Assembly (NCBI RefSeq): GCF_001194135.2
Contig: NC_068997.1
Location: 50,457,484-50,521,149, forward strand
Source of the DNA: Octopus bimaculoides
Taxonomy: Eukaryota
DNA: 63,666 bases
Reading direction: 5' to 3'
A program made the translations under genes and the position numbers. Of this stretch, positions 63,556 through 63,666 are shown one piece after another. The notes under the pieces were generated by a model. It worked only from the letters and a program-made list of their open reading frames with translations, had not been told where the DNA came from and did no database searches. Position 1 is the stretch's first letter. Each line of letters begins with the position of its first letter.

Positions 63556-63666
63556 TCGAGTTGACCAAAGCCTTGTGAGTGGATATCGCAGACGGAAACT
63601 GAAAGAAACCCGCCGAGTATGTGTGTGTGTGCTTGTTCCATCCCCTCCACCGCTTCACAACCGCTG

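Noticed and set aside
69-63658. Most ORFs in the six-frame track ([12 protein letters not shown], poly-X)
   Set aside because: They are read-throughs of dinucleotide microsatellites, N-gaps or SINE bodies. Only fragments overlapping PDK exons or LINE ORF2 have recognisable protein motifs.

Overview
Eukaryotic, repeat-rich scaffold with 10 N-gaps. The SINE families, RTE LINEs and dense (TA)n/(CA)n/(GAT)n microsatellites point to an octopus (coleoid cephalopod) genome; this is inferred, not proven. Almost the whole window is one large minus-strand gene, pyruvate dehydrogenase kinase (PDK). I located 11 coding exons by hand (called exons 2-12; all resolved splice sites are GT-AG with consistent phases) from 51236 down to the stop at 4335. 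Exon 4 runs into an assembly gap and exon 1 was not found in the window. Nearly all ORFs in the supplied track are microsatellite or N-run artefacts. The introns hold several tRNA-derived SINE families, RTE and CR1/L2 LINE remnants, and hAT, Tc1/mariner-like and piggyBac-like MITEs. The most interesting non-coding signals are: (i) two long near-perfect foldback hairpins beside PDK exons, one whose five mismatches are all G-U wobbles in the PDK pre-mRNA, plus a close inverted SINE pair (candidate ADAR substrates); (ii) a 33-bp palindromic tandem array built from nuclear-receptor AGGTCA half-sites, preceded by overlapping octamer/AP-1/YY1 motifs; (iii) a triple stop codon whose surrounding 30 bp recurs in the 3' UTR. 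I see no evidence of a wholly new protein-coding system; the candidates are RNA-structural and regulatory and need testing.
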